In this document: positions 25,810 through 39,367 of the stretch, in pieces
Position numbering within the stretch: the stretch's first letter is position 1
Layout: each line of letters opens with the position of its first letter
From: Geosiphon pyriformis uo1
Taxonomy: Eukaryota; Fungi; Glomeromycota
Direction of reading: 5' to 3'
NCBI GenBank assembly: GCA_016748015.1
Contig: JAAOMT010000436.1
Span: 362,703 to 426,702, forward strand
DNA length: 64,000 nucleotides
The notes under the pieces: model-generated
Databases searched by the model: none
Seen by the model: only the letters and a program-made list of their open reading frames with translations
Told to the model about the DNA's origin: nothing
Translations under genes and position numbers: made by a program

Positions 25810-28800
25810 GTGGCAGAATCAGAAAGTGTAGGAACAAACCATCTAGGATTCGCGAAATCTTTATTTTAACATTATTGCCAACACCTAAAGTTAAACCATA
25901 ATCACATATCAGCAGAATCAGCCTTTAATTTCTACATCAATGAGAAAATTGCATATTTGTTAGGTACATCAGTAAATATTGAATCAGCAAAAGAAACTTT
26001 TTACAACAAATTAATTCAAAACACCAGCCTACCAACAAATCATAATTTCGCATCCATCATCACTAAGATCAACAAAGAAATCAAACATTACATACAGCAA
26101 AAATACCCAATTACTTATGCAAGTAAAGGTAAAGAAAAACTACAAACACCAGCAGTAACACCTTAAAAGATACAACCATCTACTTGGAAGAAAACAAGAG
26201 TTGAATTACCAACCAACCTATTATACTATTATACACCCAGAAGTGCCATCAATATAACATTAATAGGCACGTCCACAACAACTGTGACATCAGCATTTGG
26301 AAAATTTTCATTTCAAAGTAAATAAAGAAAAGAGGATCTATTAGGACCATATGGCAAATATTTTAAAGGATTTAAATCTTGATCGCCAATACCATCAGGA
26401 TTTCAATTTCCGCCACCTTAACCAAATTTCGGAATAATGAGTCTGTGGGAAATTACTGAATCAGAAAAAGAACAAGAAAAGGAAGAGAAAGAAGAATACG
26501 AGAATCAAGAATTCACTTACCAGAATCTGATCACTGAAAACTCAGAATTTGGAACCCCAAATCCTCAAATCCAGCCAAATCTAAAGCCAGAAAACCCGGA
26601 AATCAAAATTCCAAATATTTAGACACTGCCAACTCAGAATAATTAAAACTCTGAAACAATCAATCAGCAAAACTTACCTCCAGAAATTATCATTAATCAG
26701 CCACCAATTGAACTGATTATTGAACCAATTCAACAGCAGCCACTCCAGCAACCAATTCAACACTCACAACAGTCAATTCAACAGCCACCAGTACCACTTC
26801 TACAGCAACAACAACAACCCATGGCATTTGCACCAATCACAAAACTTGAGAAGTTTACCAGCAAAGAGGATGATGTCCAGACATGGATTAATAATGTCAC
26901 CAAAGCAATCACGGTAAATAACTGGGACGACCAAAGAGCCCTCTAAGCAATTCTCTACTTTCTTCAGGATACTGCTGATTCTTGGTATCAAAGTTTAGCA
27001 GCCAGACCACAAAACTTCCAAGAATTCAAACTGGAGTTCTTGAGATATTTCAGTAATAATAATAGTATTAATCACTTGACCAATACTTTTACTACTATCA
27101 AACAAAAAAAAATGGAAGCAGTCACCACTTATCTGGAATGCTTTCATAGAAATCTGCGACAGATTCAAGCAATCAATGCTAACTATTTTACAGCACCACA
27201 AATCCTCAACCAGTTTATCCATAGCCTACACAGTAGTATCTTGCAGCATGTATGCACATTGTATCCCAACAATCTTCAAGATGCAGTTACATATGCCAGA
27301 GATTTCGAGTCAGCAGAGTTAGAAGCCAATCATACTCAAGCCATAAATCTAGTGATGAACAGATCATCTAAACTGGATTCCAAATTGAAACAATTTAGTG
27401 ATTCAATTAATCAGAAATTAGAGAGATACTTAGCTGACAATTGTGCAATTTATCAACCACCTCAATGATGCCATAATTTGGGAAATGCGAACCGTTTTCA
27501 AAATCAGTCACATCCATCATTGTCAGCAGTACCAAATCAGTTGTGGTAGCAAGAAACACATGTCTGCCACAACTGTGGTAAGCAAGGCCATATCTAAGTC
27601 AATTGTCATACTTATAGCAACTTACGATTAGGGAATCAATATCAAAATTCTGATTGCCAGTTTCAAACTCCGAATAACTATTAAAATCAAGATTAATCTA
27701 CTTACCAGCCCATGATGTAACAGCCAATCTATCAACCACCAGTATATCAACTATAGGTCATCTACCAACCACAGCCACCAGCAATTTATCAACCACCACC
27801 CTAAACAATTTATTAGCCGCCACTCCAGTTAATTTATCAAACACCCCAAATTCAAACACCACCACAAAACTTATCTCAAAATAGAATCCAAAGGCCAAGA
27901 ATAACACAACAAAACTGGAGATCAGCAATGATAGTTCACCAACTAATTCCCAGTTCATCAACACAACAATCTGGATCTCATCAGTAGAATTTGGGCACCA
28001 GTTTTACCCAAAATCAGAATTTCCAACACTATTTAAGTCTCCTAATTACTCCAGAAAATGCCATCTTCTACAACTCAGAAGCCAATCAACAACCAGCACT
28101 TACCAGCAACATACCTCCAGCCACCATCACCAATGACAAAACATTGGCTGCCATATTCCCTTTCGAACTCGAGGAAACCACAACAGTATCACTATTCAGT
28201 AGAGCTGCCCTAGAGGAAAAACCCATCACAATAATGTACACTAATGCAAAAGTCGATGGCCACCCCATCAAACTGATCCTAAATAGTAAATCAGCTGGCA
28301 GCATCATCACAAGACAACTCATGGATCAATTAGGTCGCCGAGTTGATCAAGTTATCAGCGCAAGAATCATCACTACCAATGGAGCAACCAAAACTCTTAT
28401 TGGCAAAATTGATGACTTCCCTATAGAAGTCAATGGCATAATTATTCCAATCAAAGTACTAGTCATGGAAGCCACTCAGTACCAAGTGCTAGTTAGTAAT
28501 AACTGGCTCACCAAAACAAATGCCATCCTTAATTGGACCACTCAGGAGTTACAACTTAGCCAAAACGGCCAACATACATGAGTACCAGTAATGTATAACC
28601 ATTTCAAACCTAGTCACATACCAGTCCCACTAATTAATTTGGAGAAAGAGAAGCCAAAACCCACTTGGAAAGCATACCAAGTGTCATGGGCCAATGTTGA
28701 CCACAACAAACTGCTGCCAATACTATCATGGGATGACAACAAAAAGGGAAAACAAAGAGAAAAACTTACCTGGGAGACTGACGATTTGACCGACAATGAT

Positions 28801-31800
28801 GAAAATGAGCCAATACCAAACTGGGAATGGAAAGAAGAAAATGATAAGGGAAAAAAAAAAGAAAAAGAAAAAGAAAAAGAAACAACAACCACCAACACCA
28901 CTTCTTTTAACTTCTACACTTACACTACACTACTACAATCTACCTATTGTTGACCAAAACTTATATGTGTTGATTGCGGCAAAAAATTGTCATCAATGAG
29001 CGCATGTTATGACAATGACAAGGAATATGCAACAGCAACTAAATTCTACTGCCACGCATGTGTAATAGAAAGGTTTGGATGACCAAAAAGGCAAGGAAAA
29101 TAGAACAACCAACCTTGTCTCACTTGTGGAGAAACTCTCTTGGATAAAGGAATGTGGAATGACATTCCAGAGCAAGAAAAAATGTGTAATGAATTGTGCC
29201 AATACACAATTCTAATCAGTGACTGGATAAGAAAAAGAACCCTGATAAAAGCAGTCTGGAAAAGAGCAGTACAACAATTGGACAGTTATCCATATAATAA
29301 TGATGAGATTTGGCAAATGGCACTCGCAAAAATAGAAGGACTGACATCCGAAGAAATTAGGAAGATTAAAAACAACCCACCAGAACCTATAAAACTTGAC
29401 TGAGACAAAGAACCAGCCATAAATCTCCTGGAACCAGAAAAATTTCATGAACACTATCAAACTTTGGCACTCACAAGAGAAAAACAGGAAAAGTGTTTAA
29501 CACAGTTAAACACTCGGCTATGTAATCACTGTTTGATTCCATGTGACTTTCAATATTGTAATGAGTGTGACCTCATTTACAATCCACCACCACGCATGAT
29601 CTACATGATTTCAGAAGAAGAAAAACCAATCAGCAGCTGCGCATCGGAATTGGAATCAGTTTTCAATCCCGATTCAAACTCCGACAATGATAACGACAAA
29701 AACACCGGTTCCAGCTCTGTTCAAAATGACAACAAAAACATCAGCAATTGGGACTCTGATTCAAACCCAGAAATATATATTGTGCTTCCTGATCTTACCA
29801 AGGAGCAGACCCTAAAATGATTTAGCGATAATAAGAAAGAGATCATGCCAGAATGTGTGCATAATACTGATACTGGGTTTGATCTGAGGTATCCAAGGAA
29901 AGATGTCATCAAATTAGAGCCACATTTGCACACGTGCATCAATCTGAAAATAGCATTGAAAATACTAACAACAACCATGGTTCAACTAGCTTCCAGAAGT
30001 AGTTTAGCAAAAAAAGAGATTACTATAAGAGAAGAAATAATCAACGCTGAATATGTAGGAAATATCATGGCAATGCTACAAAATAACTCAGAAAAGACCT
30101 ATATTATAGAACTAAATGAAAAGATAGCACAGGCAATATTTTTGCCTCTGATTAGAATAGTTCAGTTAGTATCAGTGGGAAAAAGGGAAGAATTAGGGAT
30201 AACTGTTAGAAGAATACAGAGATTCAGATCCACAAGTAGAATAGACATACCAGTCAATATGACAGAAGAAGAAATTATTGGCCAAGGAGAAATTATCTCA
30301 ACCAGTCAAGTAATTTCTATTCTACCATATGACCAGTACATGGTAGTTATAGAGAAAAAAGTGAAAGATAAGGATCAGATTTTTGAAGCAGAAACAAGCC
30401 TTTGTGAATCAAAAGAGATTGGACTTATCAATTTCCACATACCAGCCAAAAGCCACAACCATATCAAAATTCCCATTTACAACACAACAGGAGATGTCAT
30501 CACAATACTTAAGAGAACAATCATTGGATACATGAGCACTGAATTAGAAAATCAACCACCAAGCATTATTCCAGATTTTCCACAGCTTTGTGGATATGTT
30601 AACATTATATCACAAACAATATATGAACAAAATGAATGTTATTTGCTCCAACCAGAACAATTAGAACAAATAAACATAGGAAATCTAAACCCACTTCAAT
30701 GCATGCAGCTGAAGATATTGCTCAACAACTTCAATAATATCTTTGCTAGCGAAAACAAATTTGGCAGAACTGACATCATCTAATACTAAATCAAAACTGG
30801 AGATACTATGCCAATAAAACAACAAGCATACAGAGTACCACCAGCCAGCCATGAAATCATTCGTCAAAAAATCAATCGGATGCTTAAAAATGGGTTAATT
30901 CAGCCATCAATGAGCCTATAGTCATCACCAGTAATACTCGTCCAGAAAAAGAATAGGAAAATCCACTTTTGCGTGGACTACAGAAAGCTTAATAGAGTCA
31001 TGCGTGGAAACAGCTATCTAACTCCACAAATTCAGGAATTATTTGATGCTTTTGGAGGAAACAAATGGTTCTCAACATTGGATTTAGATAGTGGTTACTG
31101 GCAAATAGCCATGGATCCAGTGGACAAAGAAAAAACTACATTCACAACACAGAAGGGAAATTTTGAATTTGAAGTGATGCCATTCAGCTTAACAAATATT
31201 CCAGCCATATTCTAGCAGCTAATGAAATAGTATATACTGGCTTATTGTGGAAATCAGTAGTCATTTATTTAGATGACACCAATGTGTTCTCCAAAACATT
31301 TGATGATTATTTGCATCATCTATAATAAGTGTTTGAAAGACTATGATGGGCAGGACTAAAGTTAAATACCAATAAGTGCTTTTTTGACAAGACAGAATTA
31401 AACTTTTTAGGGCACATAGTAAGCAAAGACAGCATCAAAATAGATCCAGAAAAGATAGAGATAGTCAAAAACTTTCCAATACCAACCAATGTGGCAGAGT
31501 TAAAGTCATTTTTGGGATTCGTAGGCTATTATTAATGCTTCATCAAAAACTTTTTCAAGATAGCCCAACCACTCAATCACCTCCAAACCAAGAATGTGAA
31601 ATATGAATGGACAAAAGCACAACAAGAAGCTTTTGATATTCTAAGAAGAAAGCTTATACAAGCTTCAGTACTGATCTATTCAGATTACAATAAACCATTT
31701 ATCATTACTACCAATGCATCAGGCCAAGCATTGGGAGCAGTACTATCACAGAGAGGACCAGATGAAAGAGAACATCCAATCACATATGCCAGCCGAGGTT

Positions 31801-32069
31801 TAACTCTAGCTAAAAAAAATTATGGAACACCAGAATTAGAACATTTAGCAATTTATTGGGCAATCATGAAATAGAGTGAATACTTGAGCCAGAAGTTTAA
31901 TGTATACACAGACTACAAAGGATTAACAGCACTTCATAAACAGGAATTTGGAGATGGAAGACAATTAAGATAGAAAATAGCACTATCACCATATACTTAT
32001 ACTATACATTATAAAAAGAGAAAAGACAATGGAAATGCTGACAGTTTGTCGCAAATGAGACAAATCTAA
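25810..32069 (+). pseudogene. B1 gag-PR-Cys-rich-dUTPase-RT-RNase H polyprotein, stop-disrupted
   Basis: CHNCGKQGHI knuckle, LILNSKSAGS protease, TGFDL/RSSLA/KIAQAI dUTPase, LDLDSGYWQ and YLDD RT, ITTNASG RNase H; ORF-track fragments share one frame up to ~31215. Confidence 0.92.
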
Positions 32070-32142
32070 AAACATTTCAACCCAAAAAAAAAAAATATAT
32101 AACAAAACCAAACCAAACCCAATGAAAATATAACAAAAAAAA

Positions 32143-33525
32143 ATAAACACACAAAAATACCAACAGCTTCAACATTATATAATTACCCAACAGTTCAAGG
32201 AAAAATTATCTCAAAATGAACAAAATAGCATCAAGCAACAATCAAAATATTTTATCAATCATCAAAATATACTTTACTAGAAGAATAGACAAAATCCAGA
32301 CCAACTAACCAAAATAGTTACAGAACCAGAAAAAAAAACAATACTGTTCAACATGCATTCAGATCCAACAACAGGACATTTCAACAAAGAAGCAACCATA
32401 GAAAGGACCAGAAAAAGATACTATTGGCCATCAATGTATCCAGACATCATCCAATATGTCCAAAATTGTGATGCTTGTCAAAGAAAAGGAGAAACAAAAC
32501 CCAGTAAACCATTAAGACCAATCAAAGTAGAACAACTATTTGATCACATTGGAATTGATTTAGTCAGACCATTAACAATTACCAGCAGAGAAAATAGATA
32601 TATTGCAGTAGCCATGAACTATCTCACTAAATGGCCAGAAGCAAAAGCAATTCAAAGAGTGGATGCAGAATCTATTGCCGAATTCATTTATCAAGACTTG
32701 ATTTGTCGACATAGATGTTCAAAAGAATTATTATCAGACCAAAGAACTCACTTTGTGAACAGAACACTAGCAGAATTGAGCCAAAGATTCGGAATTAAAA
32801 GACCACTATCATCACCATATTATCCACAAACAAACAGTTTAGTTGAAAAATTTAATAGAACATTGTGTGAAGCAATTGCCAAACTCAGCCAAGAAAACCA
32901 GGACAAATGGGATTTGTTTATACCATCAGTATTATTTGCTTATTGGACAATGAGACAAGATACTATACAAGCAACACCATTTGAATTGGTATATAGTAGG
33001 ACAGCAACATTACCAGTTGAGAGAGAGATCAGCACATATCCAACAGAACCAATAACAGAAGCTAATTTCCAAGAAACATTGTTGAAAAGAACATATAACC
33101 TAATAAAAACACTAGAAAACAGATGACAAAAAGCAGCTGATAACATTAAAAAATCTCAAGAAAAGCAAAAAAAATGACATGATAACCAATTACCAGATAA
33201 ACCAGTTGAATTCAAGATTAGGAACAAAGTACTTCTACATTGTACCAAAGTGAAAAAACAATGGAGTGGAAAATTCAACACCAAATGGGATAAACCATTT
33301 CACATAGAAGAAATTCTAGAAAATAGAGCTTATAAATTAAGATGGGACAACAAAATTTTAGCCAAAACAGCACATGGTGATCGACTAAAACCATATCACC
33401 AAATAGCATTATCATCCACCAATACCATTTCACAGTTGGGAGTACAAAGGATAATAGTTCAACCAGATGAGATTTTACGAGATCTGGAACCAATCATAGT
33501 TATTAAACCAAACACATTAAATTGA
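32143..33525 (+). pseudogene. B1 integrase
   Basis: HHCC (MHSDPTTGH...CDACQ), IGIDLV, LSDQRTHF, VEKFNRTL, GPY/F-like WDKPFHI. Confidence 0.92.
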
Positions 33526-33549
33526 ACAACCAAAAGAGTATATAAAGAC

Positions 33550-34216
33550 ACAATACACACAACAAAAGCAACCAAAAAAAATGAAAATACCAGATCACAT
33601 TCACACCATAGCTCAACAACTGTTCCAGGCACTAAGTCAACAACAATTAAACATGGAAATTGTCATTAACAACCAAACAATTTGCTATCAAAACACAAAA
33701 AAAAAGACAAAGAATACATCATATTAGTGGCCACCAAAAAATAATAAAAACTGGACAGATAACTTAATAGAAAAAGTGAAGAACACTTTTGGGAAAATAC
33801 CTATTATGGCACCAACAGAAAAACTTACAAAAAAAAATTGGAAGCAATGGACAGAACAACTTCCAATATCATACTGTTACTACCAGCTAGGTTAAAAGTT
33901 GAATATTCAGGAGTTGTATATCAACAAATCCAAGAGAGTATTTAACCAAAACATAATATGGCAGATTGAAGAGTTTATTGGGAAAAAAACAAACTCAACA
34001 CTACATGTAAGAACAATTTATTGACTACACAACATATTTCAGAACTATCCAGAAATACTGTTACACTCTGACATAAAGACCATAACCATTAACCAATAGG
34101 GAAGAATAAACAATACACAAGTAGAAGATGTGAAGAACAGAGTCAAACAAACAATACTTGAAAAAGAAGTATTAGAATTAATTTAAAACAAAGATTTTAA
34201 CAGAGCTCAATATTAA
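33550..34216 (+). pseudogene. B1 ORF3, uncharacterised accessory protein
   Basis: Collinear with ORF3 of A1 and C (LNIQELYINKSKRVF...LHNIFQNYPEILL), ends DFNRAQY*. Confidence 0.7.
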
Positions 34217-37200
34217 AAGGAGGAGATAATATTACTCATCAAAAAAAAACAGATATAGAAAATAGCAGACCAATAAAAGAATAGTATTTAGCATGTGAGC
34301 ACATTGCTCAGCAATGTGAAGCAATATCAGAAATCATGGCACATTGCTCAGCAATGTAGAGCAATGTCAGAAAACATGGCATATTGCTCAGCAATATGGA
34401 ACAATGGTAGAAAATTAGAGCACATCGCTCAGCAATATGAGTATTGCTCAAGAAATCATAGCACATTGCTTGGAAATGTGAGTGATCTCATAAAACATCA
34501 ATTATGTATATATAATGATAGTATTAGAAGTAGAAAAACAGAATTTTTTAGTTAGAAATCTCCCATCTACCAAATATTAAATAAATAAATCATTTATTAT
34601 CCAAATTCACTCTCCACTATCAACACTTTATGTTGATAGTAGTTGATACTTAACTACGCTAGAACAATAGCTCTTGATCATGGCTATTGACGAGATACTA
34701 ACTTGCACATTATCTTGGCTCATTTCTTTTTTTTTTTTATTTTTTTTTATTTTTTTTATTTTTTGATTTTTCTTGTTGAATACTAACTAATTAAGGATTA
34801 AAGCACTGAATTACTGATGTCAAGAATTGCCTGGTAAAAGACTCTTGCGAGTGGATAGGACATATACAGTAGATATGGAATACTTACCAGAAGATTGCTG
34901 GCTATTATGCCAAAAGAAAAATTGATGGAATTGCAATTCTGGGAAGCTATGGATAAAACAACTATTGAATCTCTGTCCATTATACAAAGGACTCCAACAA
35001 AACCTTCAGACTACAAAATCTTCAGATTACTATCAACTGCAAACAGCCCTTTGAGCACCAAGTTATGGGTTTATTATTTGATTTAAGATTCCAAATAAAC
35101 ACTTATAATACTGGTAAATTTCTTAAGTTTTGCTATTGGAGTGTAGGTTATTGGATCTAAGTTTGGTTGTTGAAGTTGTTGTTGCAGCTGTTGAAGCAGG
35201 TGTTGAGATTGTTGGGATGATTAAAGTGGTAATTGAAATTGGAGTTGTAGTGGTGGCTGTTGTTGTTGTGGAACAACTGGTAATGGGTTGATAACAATGA
35301 CTGGAGGTAAGTTGTGTTAATTATTAATGTTGGAGTTTCGATTGTTCTGATTTTGCTGATTTTAAAAATTCAGAGTTTCAACTTCCAGATTTTCTAAATT
35401 TAGATCTTGCTAAGTCTAAAAGTTTGGGGTTCCAATGTCTGAATTTTCGGAAATCGGGTTTTGGTAAGTAAATTCTTGATTTTCAGATTCTTCTTCTTCT
35501 TTCTCTTCCGATTCCATTATTTCCCAAGGACTTGCATTTCTAAAATCTGGTTGAGGTGGTGGTGATCAGAATCCTGATGGTGTTGGCAATCACAATTTAA
35601 ATCCTTCAAAATAATCACTATAGGTTTCTAGTAATTCTGCTTTTTTTTGTTTACTTTGAAATGGTAGTCATCCAAATGTTAATGTTATGTGTGATGTAAA
35701 TACACCTGTTGATGAGATGTTGATGGTGCTTTCAGATGTATAGTGGTATGACAGGCTTGTTGGTGATTCAACTCTGGTTTTCTTCTAAGTAGATGGTTGT
35801 ATTTGTTTTGGTGTTACTGCTGGTGTTTGCAGTCTTCTTTTGCCTTTGTTAGCATAAGTGATGGAGAATTGTTGTTGTGTATATTTTTCAATGGTTTGAT
35901 TGATTTCCCTGATGATTGGTGTGAAACTGTAGTTTCTTGGTAAGCTGGTATGTTGAAATAATTCTGTATAAAAATTTTCTCTTGCAGATTCAATGTTAAC
36001 TATTCCTCCTAAGCAGTCTGTGATTTTATCATTGATGTAAAAGTTGAAGACTGATTCTGCTGGAAAATGGTTATTGTTTAATCCTAATTGTTGGCTGTAC
36101 TGTTGAAACAAGAATTTGGCGAATCCTAAGTGGTTTGCTCTTATGATTTCTGATTCTGCCACCTTTGAATGATTGTTGTTGATACTGTTCTCTGTAAGAT
36201 TATATCTCACAGGGAACACCAAATGTTACAGATGATTATTTGGGGTCTCAAATCAAATAACAAATTTGTAACTTGATGCTTAATTGATGAAATAATGTTA
36301 ATATCTGAAGGTTTTGTTGTGAAGTTCTTTGTACAATAGACATAAATTTAATAGTTGTTTTCTATAACCTTCTGGAATTACAATTTCATCGAATTTCTTT
36401 TTCAGCATGGTGGCTGGTAATTCTCCTGGTAAGCTATCCTCAAATTTATGAGTATTCTACTCTTGTTTTATGGGTTTTTTACCAGTCCCTATAATGTCTG
36501 TATCTCAGTGCTTAATCCTTAATCAATTTAGTAAAATAAAAAAACAAAAAAAAACAAAAGAAAATAAACAAAAGCAATTGCAAGTTAGTATCTCGTCAAT
36601 AGCCATGATCAAGAGCTATTGTTCCAGTGTGGTTAAGTATCAATTACTATTAACATGAAGTGTTGATAGTGGGAGTAGATTTAGATAGTAAATAATTATT
36701 TATTTGATATTTGTGAATTGGAAAGTTGCTTAGATCAAATCTAAACTGAAAGGTCTGTTTTTTTCTATTTCTAATACTATTACTATATATATATAATTTG
36801 AATTCTATGAGATCACTTATATTCTCAAGCAATGTGCTATAATTTTTCAAGCAATACTTATATTGCTAAGCAATATGCCATATTTTTTTGACATTGCTCT
36901 ACATTGCTGAGTGATGTGCCATGATTTCTGACATTGCTCCACATTGCTGAGCAATATGCTCATGTGTTAACTCCTATTCTCTTATTAGTCTACTATCTTT
37001 TTATATCTGTTCTCTTTTTATGAGTAATACCGAGATGAGAACCGAGCCATCAAGTGGAATCAACCCATATTTTTCCATATAAACACAATGTTTTGCATGA
37101 ACTAATCAGATATCACTCCTAAAAGCAAGACTAAAAAAGTGCACAAATTTGACAATCTCCAAGCCAGCAACTTTGGGGTCATGAAAGACAGTAACTGTCT

Positions 37201-38538
37201 CACAAAACCAACCATTAAAAACAAAACCCTTATAAAAAGCTATGGACAAAGATAAGTTAGAAGCACAAGATGACAACAATTGCAATATGTCTGAAGAAGA
37301 ATGAGTTAGACCAGAAACTGCTTTCTAGGATTTCACATAGAATTCCAGCAACTGATATCAAACAGAATTATTAATTTTGTAAGAAAACACATGATCCAAT
37401 GCCTCCACATCACTGCAATATAAGTATAACACACTTGAATATAGTTTATTATAAAGGCACTTCTGAACAACAACCGGCAGCTGGTGGTGCAGAGCTTTTA
37501 TAAAATAAGTACATTGTTACTGGAGGTTTTTGGTCTCTTTTCTTGAATATTGTAAATGTTTGTTGGTTGCAAATTCATGTTTTCTAGAAGTAGTTGAACC
37601 TCCAATAACTGAATTTATCTTTAAATTATCTTCTATAATTTGAACTTGCTGGGCTTATAAATAGAATGGCCAATTTCTTGCCAGTTACTTTATGTAATTA
37701 TGTTGTAGTAAATGTCAACTCTTTCCCAGGAATTGCTTGTCTGGAAGCTCACTAAAAATGTGTAGTTACTTTGCTGTAAAATTCAACTCTTCTACAGGAA
37801 TCTCGTCTGTAGGCTACTTTAATGATTATAATAAGAAAATAAAAAAAATGTAAAAGAAATGTAAAAAAAATTGAATTCTGTTAAAGGAAACGTTTTCTAT
37901 CCAGGCCTGAAGTCACTAACAGTTTACTAAAATTGGTAGCTAATCAATTTCAAAACATTAGTTGGGTTTTGGGGATTTTCCAAGTGCAATAATTAAAGAA
38001 TTTGGTTTTTTGAATTATTTGATATTTATTTTTTTGTGTGTGTGTAGAAATGGTTCTAAGTGATAAATCTAAAGTAAGATATATTTTCTTGAAGAGAAAA
38101 GCTCTTCTTTTATACAACTTGTTGTAATACTAGTCTATAAACTTGCACTTTTTCTCTTTGCTCAACTTTTGGCAAACTAAAGATATATTTTGATGAACTA
38201 CAAGTTATTTTGCTGAACTATTGATTAATTTGGATGAACTATTCATAATTTCGGCAAATTTCTATAAATTTCGGCGAATTTCTTATAAATTTCAGCCAAT
38301 TTCTGTAAATTTCGGCGAATTTTTGAATGTTACAAAGTTCAGAGTATTGTGTAATTTGATCATTCTACTTTCTGTTATACTAATTGGATTATTTAATTGA
38401 ATTGTGATATGTGATAATTGATTAAATAATAAATGATAATTTGAAATGATATTAATATATTAATTAATTATAGGAATTATAAGGGTAATTTTCCTGCTAA
38501 TTAATAGCTAAAATTCTACTGGTAACATAATCTCCTCT

Positions 38539-39214
38539 TTAAGACTGAGCTCTGTCGAAGTCCAAGCCCTATCTGTGATATTGAGATAGTGATCCAAAAT
38601 AATTGAAGTAATTTGGTCTGAAAATTGTTGAAATTTCAGTTCTGTAAGTTTGCCAATATATTGGACTTTCATTGGTTGCAGTATGAGATTTTGTAAAACA
38701 TTTTCACAAGTATTAAACAAATTATAAAGTCTAAAAGCTGCTCTAAGTTTGTAGTGAGTGTTTGTTAGTCCAGCTGCTGTTTTAAATTCATTGTGAATTT
38801 GTTTTTGTATAGCTTCAAAAGTGAGATTTGTTGTTTCAAGTTCTAGTTTTTGTTTATAAAGTGTTTTTTCAATGTGAAAGTATTTATAGATAGGGGTGTG
38901 TTCATTGTCCTGTTCATTGAGAAGTAGTAAAAGTTTTTGTTGCATTGTAGCATTTAGTAAAATGTTAATAGGGCAATTAAAAGATTTTCTTCTAGTGCTT
39001 GCTTCAAAAGTTTTGGTAACCTATTTTCAGAGTGACTTCTTGTTTTTCTTCTATAAAGGTGATAGTTCTGTGGATGATTTACTACTGGGGCTGTGGTTTT
39101 TTTCTGAATGTAATTAATTTGACTTCTATTAATCGTTATGGATAAGTCAGAAAGTGTTTTCAAGGCTAACATTAACTTTTGAGATATTTGTTGAATATTT
39201 TGGGGAATAATCAT
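38539..39214 (-). pseudogene. Element D ORF3, divergent accessory protein
   Basis: ORF-track 38954-39214 and 38508-38945; RAAFRLYNLF...IGKLT motif aligns with RAIYRIHTAF...LRKIT of element C. Confidence 0.65.
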
Positions 39215-39367
39215 GATAAAATTAACTAATTATGAAAAAGGAGAATAAAGAAAATTATTTTTGGATATGGGGTTTTTATTTGTTTTTGGGTTTGGGTGTT
39301 TTTTGTAATTATTTACAATTTTTTGTCTTTGTGTTTTTATTAAAAAATTATTGTAAAATTTAAGTGT

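Larger units (their letters stand above)
24878..35110 (+). mobile_element. Full-length Ty3/Gypsy element B1 (family-A LTRs 24878-25749 and 34230-35110)
   Basis: PBS TGGTGCTCCCTATGAGG 25752-25768; PPT AAAAGGAGGAGA before 34230; domain order gag-PR-dUTPase-RT-RH-IN. Confidence 0.95.
22787..37029 (-). mobile_element. Ty3/Gypsy element A1 (family-A LTRs 22787-23591 and 36224-37029), centre missing, interrupted by B1
   Basis: ~805 bp LTR pair, PBS 36206-36221, PPT 23592-23606, TSD TTGA/CCGA; retains gag N-terminus (36162-35111), integrase C-terminus and ORF3 (24877-23605). Confidence 0.92.

Noticed and set aside
34644-34712. U1 snRNA-like motifs (ATACTTA, GATCAC loop, TTGCAC)
   Set aside because: The 5' splice-site-binding sequence is interrupted, TTGCAC is not kept in family B, and no Sm site or four-way junction is evident
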